Source: Bacteroidota bacterium
GTDB taxonomy: Bacteria > Bacteroidota > Bacteroidia > NS11-12g > UBA955
Assembly: GCA_016868535.1 (NCBI GenBank)
Contig: VGGQ01000003.1
Span: 1-58,342, forward strand
DNA length: 58,342 nucleotides
Direction: 5' to 3'
The translations under genes were made by a program, and so were the position numbers. Below the pieces are notes generated by a model. That model ran no database searches, had not been told where the DNA came from, and saw nothing but the letters and a program-made list of their open reading frames with translations. This document shows, in pieces, positions 18,701 through 27,954 of this stretch (its first letter is position 1; each line of letters opens with the position of its first letter).

Positions 18701-20936
18701 ACTTTCCACTTTGTTTTCTATTCCCGCTTCGGAGGGTGTAAAGGTAAACACCGTTACTAAGTCCTGATACATCAATGTTTATGTTGTCTCTGCATCCAGA
18801 CGCTGAAGAAAATTTTACAACATTCCTCCCCTGCAAATCTCTCACTTGTAAATCCAAGGGTTGAAAAAACGGCTCCATCCCTCTTATACATAGAGTATTT
18901 CCGGCAGGAATTGGATACAATAAAAATTTCTTGACTGAACCGTCTAAATTTTGGGTGTGGCTCATGTTCAAAGCCATTTTAACTGCATCGAAAGCATTTA
19001 TTCTGCCATAGCCAAAGTTATTGTTGCTGTCAGTACCTGTTAAATCATCCCGAATGGCTGTAGCACGTAGGATCTGGCGGACCTCATCAATATTCAGACC
19101 CGGATTGGCCTCAAGAATAAGTGCTACAATACCTGCCGCATGCGGCGCAGCCATGCTTGTTCCGCTAAACATGGCCCAGTATTGGGTTTCACCATTAAAC
19201 TGGCTCTGATACAGTGTATAATCACCCATCCAGCCTGCAAATTGTTTGTTGTTTACTGCCGAGGCTATCATTTGTCCCGGCGCTCCGATATCGGGTTTCA
19301 TGCGCCCATCAGCCGTAGGGCCGCGGCTGCTGTATCCGGATATCTCCCCGGCTTTTAGCCAACTCTGGGCGTGGTAAGTACCTGTATAATCAATCCAGTC
19401 ATTGCGGTTGACATATGAACCTACCGAGAGTGTTTGTTTGCCGGTACCACCATTTTCCCCCATGCTACCCGGAGCATAACCGGATAAATATTTACCTGAA
19501 TAATCATTACCTTTTACTTTATTTAGAAACGAGCCGCTTGTCCATCTGTATACCTGTCCGCTGTTCCATCCATGAATGGTCCCCCTGCCGGTAATCCCCA
19601 ACCTTATTCTGCATTTTGCTGAATTGGATGATGTAATTATGGCCAGAATGTTGGGTTTTTGGTTGTTTACATAGCTACTCTGGCAAGAAAACACATACTT
19701 CAATGTATCCGAGCCTTTTACCGCCGTACGCTTTACCACATAAGCTCCCGACGCATAAACAAAAGGTTCTTCGATTAACAGATTTCCCAAGGTATCAAAC
19801 AAAGAGACATTCAGACCTAAATCTTCTCCAGGAGCACCCCAAAGATCGCAGTAAACACTTTCATCGCGGTAATCTCTGCGGTTTCTGTCCACTGCAAACG
19901 TGTATGCTGTATCACCATTTAAGTTTGCGCTTACATGCATCTGATTGCCTCCATCATTGCCATTGGCCCCTACTATAATTTTACCTTTCCCTGAAAGGGT
20001 TTCAACAACTTTATCAAAAACCGAAGTTCCGTCGTGTGGTCCGGTGTGCATTCCCCAGCTTAGGTTGGTTACGGCCGGTTTCTTCTGGGCCGCTGCGTAG
20101 TCAAAAATGTATTTATATGCATCGATTATGGTAGGGTTTGCCACAACATAATCTCCAAGAGCACTTCCCTGAAGGGTATCATTGCTGTATTTTATAGTCA
20201 CAAAGACCAAATCCGACTCCGGCGCCATGCCCCGAAACTTTTGCTGCGGTGTGGTAAATCCTGAACCAGAAGAAATTCCCGCCACATGCGTTCCATGTGT
20301 GCCATCATCGTCTCTAGCCGATTGAATGGCTGAGGGAATGACAAACTCAGTCCCGTAGGAAAATCCAATTGGTGCTGAACCGCTTCCATTGCTCTGATTC
20401 CAGAATTTCTTGACCCTGTAAACAGTACCGTCTGTATTGTAGAAGGTAGGATGATTCGTCTGAAAACCAATATCAACAATACCGGTTATCACGTTTTTAC
20501 CCTTAAAAGCTGCCGGCAGTCCATTGTTAAGTCCATCATGTACCTGATTTACGCGGCTGTGCACCCTGGCAGTATCATTCAGTAATCGAGGTGAATTCAA
20601 CCTGCCTGCTACATCACAGTAAGCAATGCAGTTACTCTTGATTAAGTTCTTAAATTGTTCATAATCAAATCTTATAAACTGTATATTTGAATAAAAACTT
20701 CCGGTATTCGGAATAATACAATCTGTTTTTTTCCATTGAATGGTAACCCAGTGTTTACCTTGATTATCCGGGGGAAACAGCCGACCGGGACCTTCCTCAA
20801 GAAACAAGAGCGCCGTTGGCGAAAGTGAAGTATTGTTCAGGCTTATAATTTGGTGCTGTGAATACAACTTCAGGCCGCAATATAACATACAAAGCAATAG
20901 GCTAAAACTCCTGAGCATCACGGCAAATTTCGTCAT
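18681..20936 (-). CDS. S8 (subtilisin) peptidase with T9SS type A C-terminal sorting domain
   Basis: Catalytic motifs VDIG (Asp), GTHGTHVAG (His) and GTSMAAPHAAG (Ser). C-terminal LYPIPAGNTLCI...GVYLYTLRSGNRKQSGKFIVQ. Confidence 0.9.
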   Translation of the reverse strand: MTKFAVMLRSFSLLLCMLYCGLKLYSQHQIISLNNTSLSPTALLFLEEGPGRLFPPDNQGKHWVTIQWKKTDCIIPNTGSFYSNIQFIRFDYEQFKNLIKSNCIAYCDVAGRLNSPRLLNDTARVHSRVNQVHDGLNNGLPAAFKGKNVITGIVDIGFQTNHPTFYNTDGTVYRVKKFWNQSNGSGSAPIGFSYGTEFVIPSAIQSARDDDGTHGTHVAGISSGSGFTTPQQKFRGMAPESDLVFVTIKYSNDTLQGSALGDYVVANPTIIDAYKYIFDYAAAQKKPAVTNLSWGMHTGPHDGTSVFDKVVETLSGKGKIIVGANGNDGGNQMHVSANLNGDTAYTFAVDRNRRDYRDESVYCDLWGAPGEDLGLNVSLFDTLGNLLIEEPFVYASGAYVVKRTAVKGSDTLKYVFSCQSSYVNNQKPNILAIITSSNSAKCRIRLGITGRGTIHGWNSGQVYRWTSGSFLNKVKGNDYSGKYLSGYAPGSMGENGGTGKQTLSVGSYVNRNDWIDYTGTYHAQSWLKAGEISGYSSRGPTADGRMKPDIGAPGQMIASAVNNKQFAGWMGDYTLYQSQFNGETQYWAMFSGTSMAAPHAAGIVALILEANPGLNIDEVRQILRATAIRDDLTGTDSNNNFGYGRINAFDAVKMALNMSHTQNLDGSVKKFLLYPIPAGNTLCIRGMEPFFQPLDLQVRDLQGRNVVKFSSASGCRDNINIDVSGLSNGVYLYTLRSGNRKQSGKFIVQHP

Positions 20937-20980
20937 AATCCCCAAGCTTTAGGTATCGAAAAACCAATTTTACAACTTGC

Positions 20981-21637
20981 TTACAATTTGTCTTTGAAGC
21001 ATGCCATCAATTCCAGTCCCTTATTTACATAACCGGGATCATGGGTTTTGCTTATTCCGTTTGCGGGAAATCTTCTGCCGGTATTGTGAAAATGAAAAGC
21101 GTTTTTATAATCTCCTTCTTTCAGAAACTTGCCGTAGGCCTCATGAATCCATTTAACACCCCAGTAGGTTCCGTCTTCTTCACGCAAATCCCTAACGTTT
21201 ATATCGTAAAGAAGACATTTATAACCCATCAGCTGAAAAGGGCCCCAGCTTGTTGCCAGATTTTGCAGGGCCTCATCTTCCGCATCCTTTAAACTGGCTG
21301 AAGTAACATGCTCATATTTTTGTTTGAAGCCCATTTGAACCAGCTTTAATCGCGCATATACATGTTTTTCATATCTTGAACCTGCCGGTTTTCTTCCGCC
21401 TGATTCAAGCATGCACAAAGCTGCAAGATACTCAGGGGCAATATCAAACTCTTTCCCCAACTGCTTAAATGCTGCACCATAATTATCAATGACAGCCTGT
21501 TCTCCGTAATATTCTCCCACGGGTCCGTCTGCAAGGCTGCGCCACCAGTATCCACGAAATAAAACAAGGCCAAAACACATCAAAACGATTGCTGCAGTTA
21601 AAAACAGACCTATTCTCTTATTGGTTATCGAACCCAC
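20981..21637 (-). CDS. Membrane-anchored lytic transglycosylase/muramidase-like protein
   Basis: N-terminal TM segment LFLTAAIVLMCFGLVLF. LAALCMLESGG catalytic-Glu context and YEKHVYARL (DUF3380/SLT-like). GTG start. Confidence 0.45.
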   Translation of the reverse strand: MGSITNKRIGLFLTAAIVLMCFGLVLFRGYWWRSLADGPVGEYYGEQAVIDNYGAAFKQLGKEFDIAPEYLAALCMLESGGRKPAGSRYEKHVYARLKLVQMGFKQKYEHVTSASLKDAEDEALQNLATSWGPFQLMGYKCLLYDINVRDLREEDGTYWGVKWIHEAYGKFLKEGDYKNAFHFHNTGRRFPANGISKTHDPGYVNKGLELMACFKDKL

Positions 21638-21675
21638 ACACCAAAAATAGCTTAATTGCTTGTTACCTTTTCAAC

Positions 21676-21866
21676 ATGACTGATTTATCCTCCTGGCTGG
21701 AAAGAACCCAGTTAATCATTGGTGATAAATAACTTAACCGGCTTAATAGCAAACGTATATTATTAGTTGGCCCTTTTTGGACACAGAATGGCTGCAGAGG
21801 TCATCAACGATTTGAGGAGAGCAAAGAAAATTCCGTATATTTGAAATCGACAATTTAGAAAGAGAC
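21676..21866 (+). pseudogene. 5' remnant of a ThiF-family tRNA ct6A dehydratase (tcdA-like) gene
   Basis: MTDLSSWLERTQLIIGDK*LNRLNSKRILLVG, then in shifted frames MAAEVINDLRRAKKIPYI and EIDNLERD. This follows the TcdA N-terminus (W..RT.LL.G...L.+L....vLvvGlGGVGs.AAE.l.RaG.g...ivD.D). The Gly loop is destroyed, there is an in-frame TAA, and the reading ends at the next gene. Confidence 0.45.
21836..21843 (+). promoter_or_regulatory. Bacteroidota -7 promoter motif (TATATTTG)
   Basis: Exact TAnnTTTG match, 24 nt upstream of the ATG at 21867. Confidence 0.35.
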
Positions 21867-22313
21867 ATGAGAAAAACTATCTTCCTACTTACTGCAGGCC
21901 TTTTGGTGTTTGCAGTTGCGTGTAAAAAGAAATCCGACGACCCCAACCGGCCTGATATTGCGGGCAAAACGGTGAGACAAATCCTGATGATGCAGGACTG
22001 GAAATTTAGTGCCTGGGCTGACAGTGCCGAAAACGATACGAAATGGACCGATGAAATGGATCTATGTATGAAAGACGACGTTTACAGCTTCTTCAGCGCA
22101 TCTAAGTACCTGGTTAAAGAAAACGCAAACAAGTGTTACCCTTCCGATTATGAAGTGGATTACACCATGCCCTCAGACAATTCACCGCTCGTTACATTTT
22201 TTGATGGAAATGAATGGGAGTTAAAATCAAAAAAGAATACTGAACTCATTTTCTGGCGCATTGTAAACGGCACGGAACAGCACTTTCAGAAAGTGATACT
22301 AACCCGAAACTAA
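21867..22313 (+). CDS. Lipocalin-like lipoprotein
   Basis: Lipobox LLVFAVAC. W.F..W......C.KDD.Y.F pattern typical of small lipocalin-like Bacteroidota lipoproteins. Confidence 0.55.
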   Translation: MRKTIFLLTAGLLVFAVACKKKSDDPNRPDIAGKTVRQILMMQDWKFSAWADSAENDTKWTDEMDLCMKDDVYSFFSASKYLVKENANKCYPSDYEVDYTMPSDNSPLVTFFDGNEWELKSKKNTELIFWRIVNGTEQHFQKVILTRN

Positions 22314-23323
22314 TTTCCTGTAAGAATTTGCTTGCCCAGCAAGGCAGGTCTGTTTTTCGGATCGATACCCAAAGCGGCTTTGTAATCCTGCAAAGCCGCT
22401 TTTTTATTGCCCATTTTTTCGTGGGTTGTTCCCCGCATTGCAAATGCATTGGCATTGTTTTCATCCATTTCCATATAGGTATTGCATAAATCTAGACATT
22501 TCGGGTAATTGCCTTTGGCTAACGCTATATAAGCTGAGTTATACAGTGCAAGCTTATGGGCTGTATTTATAAGGCGCGCTTTATCATACATCGCCAATGC
22601 CTTTTCAAAATCACTTGTCTGCTGGTAAAAGTAACCTTTGCCATAATATGCCTCATCAGATGCTTCGTTTATCATTAGTGCCCTGTCATAATACTGTAGT
22701 GCCAGATTACTTCCCCTGCCTGCATGTATGGCAGCTGTTTGCATAACCGCATTATAGTGCTGGGGATTGATTTGCAACACCTTTCCAAAATGTTGCATGG
22801 CACGTAATGTGTCTTTCTGCTCCTTGTAACCCATGCCTATAAAAAATACTGCATTGTCGGCATACTCAGGCTGATTTTCGAGCTTTTCGAATGCCTTTAA
22901 GGATTTATCATACATCTGCCTGTACAGATACAATTTGGCCAAGGCAAATTCAGCTTCGTAGAAGTCCTTTTTTAGTGAAGTTGCTTTTTGCAAATGCATC
23001 AAGGTTTTTATGGGATTCGCAGAATCCTGCATAAGAAAAGTTTCCCCCAATCTGAAATGAAAGACAGCATTATTGCTGTCGAGTTTTACAGCGGTTTCAA
23101 AATCAATAATTGCATCATTCAGACGCTTCTGATAGTAAAAGGAATTACCACGTTTGTAGTATAAATCCGCATTGAACGGATCTTTATTAATTTTGGCGGA
23201 AACATCCAGAATATCCTTACTGAACGCAGTATCTGTCTCACTGATGTAACGTCCGGGAACATCCTGTTTGCAGGAGATCAATACTGAAACAACCATGAAG
23301 TAAAAAATACTCCTTATTAGCAT
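22310..23323 (-). CDS. Tetratricopeptide-repeat lipoprotein
   Basis: Lipobox VLISC. Repeated A..Y..A/G..Y 34-residue TPR periodicity throughout. Confidence 0.8.
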   Translation of the reverse strand: MLIRSIFYFMVVSVLISCKQDVPGRYISETDTAFSKDILDVSAKINKDPFNADLYYKRGNSFYYQKRLNDAIIDFETAVKLDSNNAVFHFRLGETFLMQDSANPIKTLMHLQKATSLKKDFYEAEFALAKLYLYRQMYDKSLKAFEKLENQPEYADNAVFFIGMGYKEQKDTLRAMQHFGKVLQINPQHYNAVMQTAAIHAGRGSNLALQYYDRALMINEASDEAYYGKGYFYQQTSDFEKALAMYDKARLINTAHKLALYNSAYIALAKGNYPKCLDLCNTYMEMDENNANAFAMRGTTHEKMGNKKAALQDYKAALGIDPKNRPALLGKQILTGN

Positions 23324-23386
23324 GTTGCAAAGTTAATCTGTGCATTGCCTTCAATACATCAGCAGGTTGTAATAATTGGTATTTAA

Positions 23387-23412
23387 AACAAAAAAGCCAT
23401 GCAGTGCATGAC
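23387..23412 (-). terminator. Rho-independent terminator after tRNA-Leu
   Basis: Minus-strand hairpin catgc-act-gcatg (flanked by gt/gc), followed by TTTTTTGTT, directly 3' of the tRNA. Confidence 0.55.
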
Positions 23413-23420
23413 TTTAAATG

Positions 23421-23506
23421 TGCCCGGGACGGGAATCGAACCCGTACTGCCATTGCTGACAACAGGATTTTAAGTCCTGCGCGTCTACCTATTCCGCCAC
23501 CCGGGC
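23421..23506 (-). tRNA. tRNA-Leu (anticodon UAA), type II with long variable arm
   Basis: Minus strand GCCCGGGTGGCGGAATAGGTAGACGCGCAGGACTTAAAATCCTG...GGTTCGATTCCCGTCCCGGGCA. 7-bp acceptor stem, anticodon loop CTTAAAA, T-loop GGTTCGATTCC. No encoded CCA. Confidence 0.9.
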
Positions 23507-23516
23507 AGCGCAGCCT

Positions 23517-23524
23517 CAAAGATA
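23517..23524 (-). promoter_or_regulatory. Bacteroidota -7 promoter motif (TATCTTTG) for tRNA-Leu
   Basis: Exact TAnnTTTG on the minus strand, ending 10 nt upstream of the tRNA 5' end. Confidence 0.45.
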
Positions 23525-23590
23525 AGGTCAACATTGTATAGATACATAGCCATTATTCATATCAATGATGATAGAATTATTTGACAAAAA

Positions 23591-24355
23591 ATGGTATCAT
23601 TGCGTACCAATCCTGTTTTGCAGAAAATTTGTATCATTATACCATGCTACAACGAGGCCGACAGGCTGCCAGCAGATAAAATCAGTGCATTTCTGCAAAA
23701 TCACAGCCATATACGTATAATTGGTGTAAATGACGGGAGCACAGACCGAACTATTGAGGTGCTGAAATTGCTTAACTTAGATTTTCAAAAGCAATTTTCC
23801 ATAATAGAAATGCCTAAAAATTCAGGCAAGGCAGAAGCTGTGAGAACCGGTATGCAAAAAGCAGCAAGTGATGCAGATTTAGACTACATAGGATTCTGGG
23901 ACGCAGATTTGAGCACACCACTGGATGAATTAAACTGGTTTTGTGCTTTTTCAGGAGGACAGTTGCACCATGATATCATTATGGGCAGCCGTACATCTCG
24001 GCTGGGTAGTAACATTGACCGAAATATGATGCGACACTACCTGGGAAGAGTGTTTGCAACTTTCACATCAGTAATTCTTAGGCTGAAAGTCTATGACACT
24101 CAATGCGGTGCCAAATTGTTTAAAAGAGAAATAGTCGGAAACCTTTTTGTTGATCCATTTAAAAGCGCATGGTTTTTTGATGTGGAACTCCTCGCCCGTT
24201 ATATCCGAAACAATGGCCATAACAGCACCTATGAAAAAGTACTGGAAGTTCCTCTAAGACAATGGGTGGAAGTAAAGGGCAGTAAACTAAAGTTGCTTGA
24301 CTTCTTGAGAGTCCCACTGGAATTGATAAAAATAAAGCGTCATTACAAACTATAA
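23591..24355 (+). CDS. GT2 polyprenol-phosphate glycosyltransferase (DPM1/ArnC/GtrB-like)
   Basis: IIIPCYNEADRL, NDGSTDRT, DADLSTP (DxD-type), QCGAKLF. Confidence 0.85.
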   Translation: MVSLRTNPVLQKICIIIPCYNEADRLPADKISAFLQNHSHIRIIGVNDGSTDRTIEVLKLLNLDFQKQFSIIEMPKNSGKAEAVRTGMQKAASDADLDYIGFWDADLSTPLDELNWFCAFSGGQLHHDIIMGSRTSRLGSNIDRNMMRHYLGRVFATFTSVILRLKVYDTQCGAKLFKREIVGNLFVDPFKSAWFFDVELLARYIRNNGHNSTYEKVLEVPLRQWVEVKGSKLKLLDFLRVPLELIKIKRHYKL

Positions 24356-24377
24356 ATTTCTATTTTTGCCTTCACGC

Positions 24378-27098
24378 ATGAACAAAAAAGCCAGTAATCC
24401 GGCACAAAATCCATCATTTTCAGAAGTATCCTCCATTGCATTTTATAACAAACACGTAGAAAGTGGTCAGGAAGCAACTTTTACTGACAGAGTAAAAACG
24501 TTACTGTTAAAACAACCCGGTAAAGACTTTTTCATTGTGTCATTCGTGACCGCTTCACCACAAGGACTTAACGATTTTATCAGCCAAATTTATAAAATTC
24601 AGGGTGATTATGATGTTCATTTGGCTATTCCAGCAAAAATTAAAAATACCCTTTCGTCCTGGATAATCGGCATAAGAGATCAGGAAATGCAAACTCCGTT
24701 TGTATGTGTTAATCGTGAAACACTTCAGGCTGTATCCGACTCAGGTATTAATATAAATTCAAAATACGGCTTTCTTTTTGGACTTCGTAAAGCGGGAATT
24801 AACTGGAACCTCATTAACAACAACACAACGGATAAGATAGAAAAACGTCCCGTCTGGAAAAACCGACTTGCAGCTTCTTTTCAATATCTTAATCCGCTTA
24901 ATTTCAAAAAAAGTCCGGCTAGGCATTTGTTTTCTGCACTTGCAATACTGGCCCTGATAACCATTACCCAGCTAAGCAAGGACGCCGGTATCAGCGGTGA
25001 TGAATTTATACAGTACCAATGGGCTGACACTGCTATAATTCCATATTTCACTGAAGACAAGGATGCGGCACTGTTCGACAAAAGTGATAACCATATGGAA
25101 AACTACGGCAGCAGTTTCGACACCTTCACTGCAGCACTGGTAAGGATTTCCGGCACCGATGAAATTTTTCAGCTCAGGCATTTCTGGAATGCTGTAATGG
25201 GTTTCTTGTGCATATTCTTCGCCGGCCTGATAGTTCGTTACCTAACGCGAAGCTGGCTTTGGGCTTGCATAGGGATGTTACTTCTGTTTTTCACACCCAG
25301 ATTACTGGGCGATTCATTAAACAACCCCAAAGACATCCCTTTTGCAGCTGGTTATATTGTTGGGTTGTATTATGCTTTACTGTACTATGGCAAAAATGGC
25401 GGCAGAATTGGTCAGGCTGTTGGAATCATTTTAGGCACCGGACTGGCCATCAGCATACGTGTTGGTGGTTTTGTTCTCATTCCGACTATTGCACTGTTAG
25501 CAGGACTGCGTTTTATAGAAAATACCGGACTCGCTAATTTTTTAAAGTTGCGTTGGAAAGGAATAAAACCATACATTGCCTCGTTTGCAACCATTGGCCT
25601 GCTCTCGTTTTTCGCAGGAATCGCGTTATGGCCTTACGGACTGGATGATCCATTCTCCAATCCATTTAAGGCTCTGGATGCCTTTACAAAATTCCCTGTC
25701 ACACTCCGACAGCTGTTCGAAGGTACCATGACAGACAGCAGCATGCTTCCTCCGTATTACCTCTCCAAGTTCCTGCTTATTACTACACCTGTCATTTCGT
25801 TGGCGGGGCTCTTGTTGTACTTTATGTTCGGACTTTTTAACCGAAAGAACTATGGTCATGCGCTTATGATAGTCTTTTTCGCTGCGGCTTTTCCTGTATT
25901 TTATATTGTGTTTCAGAAATCCAATGTTTATGGAGGTATGAGGCAAATTATGTTTGTTGTGCCCTGCATTGTTATTTCCGCAACTGCAGGATTTGCGTTC
26001 CTTGGTAAAATACTAGCGCGATTTACCATTGTGAAGTGGGGATTACCGGTTTTGGTTTTGGCCGGGTGCATACCACCTGCAATTCACACTTTTAAAAATC
26101 ATCCCTTGCAATACATCTATTTCAATGAACTCACAGGGGGCATCAAAGGCGCATACGGAGAATATGAAATGGATTATTACCTTGCATCGCTCAGGCAAAG
26201 CACTGAGTGGTTTTTGGGGAATGTAGCCCGTAAAAATCCCGATAAAGAATTTACGGTCCTGTCCTATGGCATGAACCATGTGAAATATTACTGCAGAAAC
26301 GATAAAAATGTCCATGTTGGTTTCACCAGGGCAGATGAAAGAAGCAGCCATGAATGGGATTATGCGATTTTCTACAATGGATTTACGGATAAATCAAGGC
26401 TGATGAATGGAGCCTATCCGCCTATTGGAACGGTTTACACTCCTGTGGTAGATGGTAAACCTATGGGATGGGTTGTAAAAAGACCTTCTACAGAAGATAT
26501 TGAGGGTTTCAATGCAATGGAAAAAGCAAAAAACTATCCGTTTGCTCTCCAGAAATTTAAATCATATCTTACTGTAGACAATAAAAATTCAGAAGTTTAT
26601 TTTTATTTGGCCAATACATACGCCAATTTAGGCAACCTGGATTCTGCTGTATGGGCCGCCGAAAAATCTCTTGAAATTTATCCTGAGTCCAACAGAGCAT
26701 TACTTAGTCTAAATTCATTTTACGCCGGAAAGGGTCAGTGGGATATGGCAGTTAAAACCATGGAACGTTACACCAAAACAAGACCTGCAGATCCGGATGG
26801 ATGGTGGATTAAAGCCCAAATGGAATTTAACAAACGTTATTATAAAGCCGCGGAAGAAAGCCTTAGAAAAACCATATCCCTGGAGGCAGGAAACCCAAAA
26901 TATTATGAAATCGGGATTAATATTTATCAGGCACTGAAAGACGATGTGAATGCACGGCTCTATTACAATGCATCAAAGGCAGGTTCTAAGAATCCAAAAG
27001 AGCAGCAGGACGGTATTTCGGCCATAGAAAGTATTTACCTGGATATTACCGGAAAGGAACTGGATCTGGGCGGAAACCAAGAAGAAGAAGAAGAATAG
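24378..27098 (+). CDS. GT-C (PMT/ArnT-like) membrane glycosyltransferase with N-terminal soluble extension and C-terminal TPR domain
   Basis: About 190-aa soluble N-terminal region. About 12 hydrophobic segments, with DEFIQYQWAD in the first loop. C-terminal TPR repeats (YFYLANTYANLGNLDSAVWAAEKSLEIYP...). Ends EEEEE. Starts 22 nt after the GT2 gene. Confidence 0.65.
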   Translation: MNKKASNPAQNPSFSEVSSIAFYNKHVESGQEATFTDRVKTLLLKQPGKDFFIVSFVTASPQGLNDFISQIYKIQGDYDVHLAIPAKIKNTLSSWIIGIRDQEMQTPFVCVNRETLQAVSDSGININSKYGFLFGLRKAGINWNLINNNTTDKIEKRPVWKNRLAASFQYLNPLNFKKSPARHLFSALAILALITITQLSKDAGISGDEFIQYQWADTAIIPYFTEDKDAALFDKSDNHMENYGSSFDTFTAALVRISGTDEIFQLRHFWNAVMGFLCIFFAGLIVRYLTRSWLWACIGMLLLFFTPRLLGDSLNNPKDIPFAAGYIVGLYYALLYYGKNGGRIGQAVGIILGTGLAISIRVGGFVLIPTIALLAGLRFIENTGLANFLKLRWKGIKPYIASFATIGLLSFFAGIALWPYGLDDPFSNPFKALDAFTKFPVTLRQLFEGTMTDSSMLPPYYLSKFLLITTPVISLAGLLLYFMFGLFNRKNYGHALMIVFFAAAFPVFYIVFQKSNVYGGMRQIMFVVPCIVISATAGFAFLGKILARFTIVKWGLPVLVLAGCIPPAIHTFKNHPLQYIYFNELTGGIKGAYGEYEMDYYLASLRQSTEWFLGNVARKNPDKEFTVLSYGMNHVKYYCRNDKNVHVGFTRADERSSHEWDYAIFYNGFTDKSRLMNGAYPPIGTVYTPVVDGKPMGWVVKRPSTEDIEGFNAMEKAKNYPFALQKFKSYLTVDNKNSEVYFYLANTYANLGNLDSAVWAAEKSLEIYPESNRALLSLNSFYAGKGQWDMAVKTMERYTKTRPADPDGWWIKAQMEFNKRYYKAAEESLRKTISLEAGNPKYYEIGINIYQALKDDVNARLYYNASKAGSKNPKEQQDGISAIESIYLDITGKELDLGGNQEEEEE

Positions 27099-27105
27099 AC
27101 AGATG

Positions 27106-27951
27106 TTAGGCCAGCATCTGAGACAAATTTCCTTTTTGAACCACCACCATTTGTCCGCGTTCATTTTGTTCCAGCCTGGCACATTCTGTTTCTAAATCAT
27201 GCTCAAAGAAGAATAATGTGTTTGCCGAGTCCATTTCTTCATATAACTTCTTTTTTTCCTGCATAACCACGAGGGGTTCAATATCATATCCCATTGTATA
27301 ATGCACTGGAACATGGTTAGAAGACGGAATCAAATCTGCACAGTAAACAATCTTCTTCCCATTGTATGAAATTTCAGGGGTTATCATACCCATGGTATGC
27401 CCGTTCACACTATGAATTCTGATATTTGGTGTCAGCATCTCTCCATGTTCAACAAAATTCAGAACACCTGACTCCTGTAAGGGAACAAAGTTCTCTTGTA
27501 AAAAAGATGCCTTTTCTCTGGCATTGGGTTTCAATGCATGATTCCACTGGGTTTCTGTTACGTGGTATATCGCATTAGGAAAAGAAGGAACCAATGTTCC
27601 ATCTTCACGCATTGAAACAGCTCCACCCACATGATCAAAGTGTAAGTGCGTAAGTAAAACATCGGTAATATCAGCATGTGTTAATCTAACGTCATTTAAC
27701 GATGAAATTAATTTATGATTGCCATTTAAATAATAGTGTCCAAAGAATTTTTCGCTCTGCTTATTCCCTATCCCGGTGTCAATTAATATTCTTCTATCGC
27801 CATCTTCCACCTGCAGGCACCGCATGGCCCAGTTGCAAAGATTACTGTCATCGGCGGGATTGAGTGTATTCCAAATTACCTTGGGAATTACGCCAAACAT
27901 AGCACCCCCATCCAGTTTAAAATTACCCGCGTGAATTACGTGCAACTTCAT
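27106..27951 (-). CDS. MBL-fold metallo-hydrolase
   Basis: LLTHLHFDHVGG (HxHxDH) plus downstream His/Asp ligands. Confidence 0.8.
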   Translation of the reverse strand: MKLHVIHAGNFKLDGGAMFGVIPKVIWNTLNPADDSNLCNWAMRCLQVEDGDRRILIDTGIGNKQSEKFFGHYYLNGNHKLISSLNDVRLTHADITDVLLTHLHFDHVGGAVSMREDGTLVPSFPNAIYHVTETQWNHALKPNAREKASFLQENFVPLQESGVLNFVEHGEMLTPNIRIHSVNGHTMGMITPEISYNGKKIVYCADLIPSSNHVPVHYTMGYDIEPLVVMQEKKKLYEEMDSANTLFFFEHDLETECARLEQNERGQMVVVQKGNLSQMLA

Positions 27952-27954
27952 AGA

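Noticed and set aside
21743-21967. 74-aa minus-strand ORF spanning the tcdA relic and the lipoprotein gene start
   Set aside because: It overlaps the promoter and signal-peptide region of a well-supported plus-strand gene and has no recognisable features.
27081-27095. (GAA)5 microsatellite
   Set aside because: It simply encodes the terminal EEEEE of the GT-C/TPR protein. It is too short, and being in-frame in triplet units it cannot act as a frame-shifting switch.
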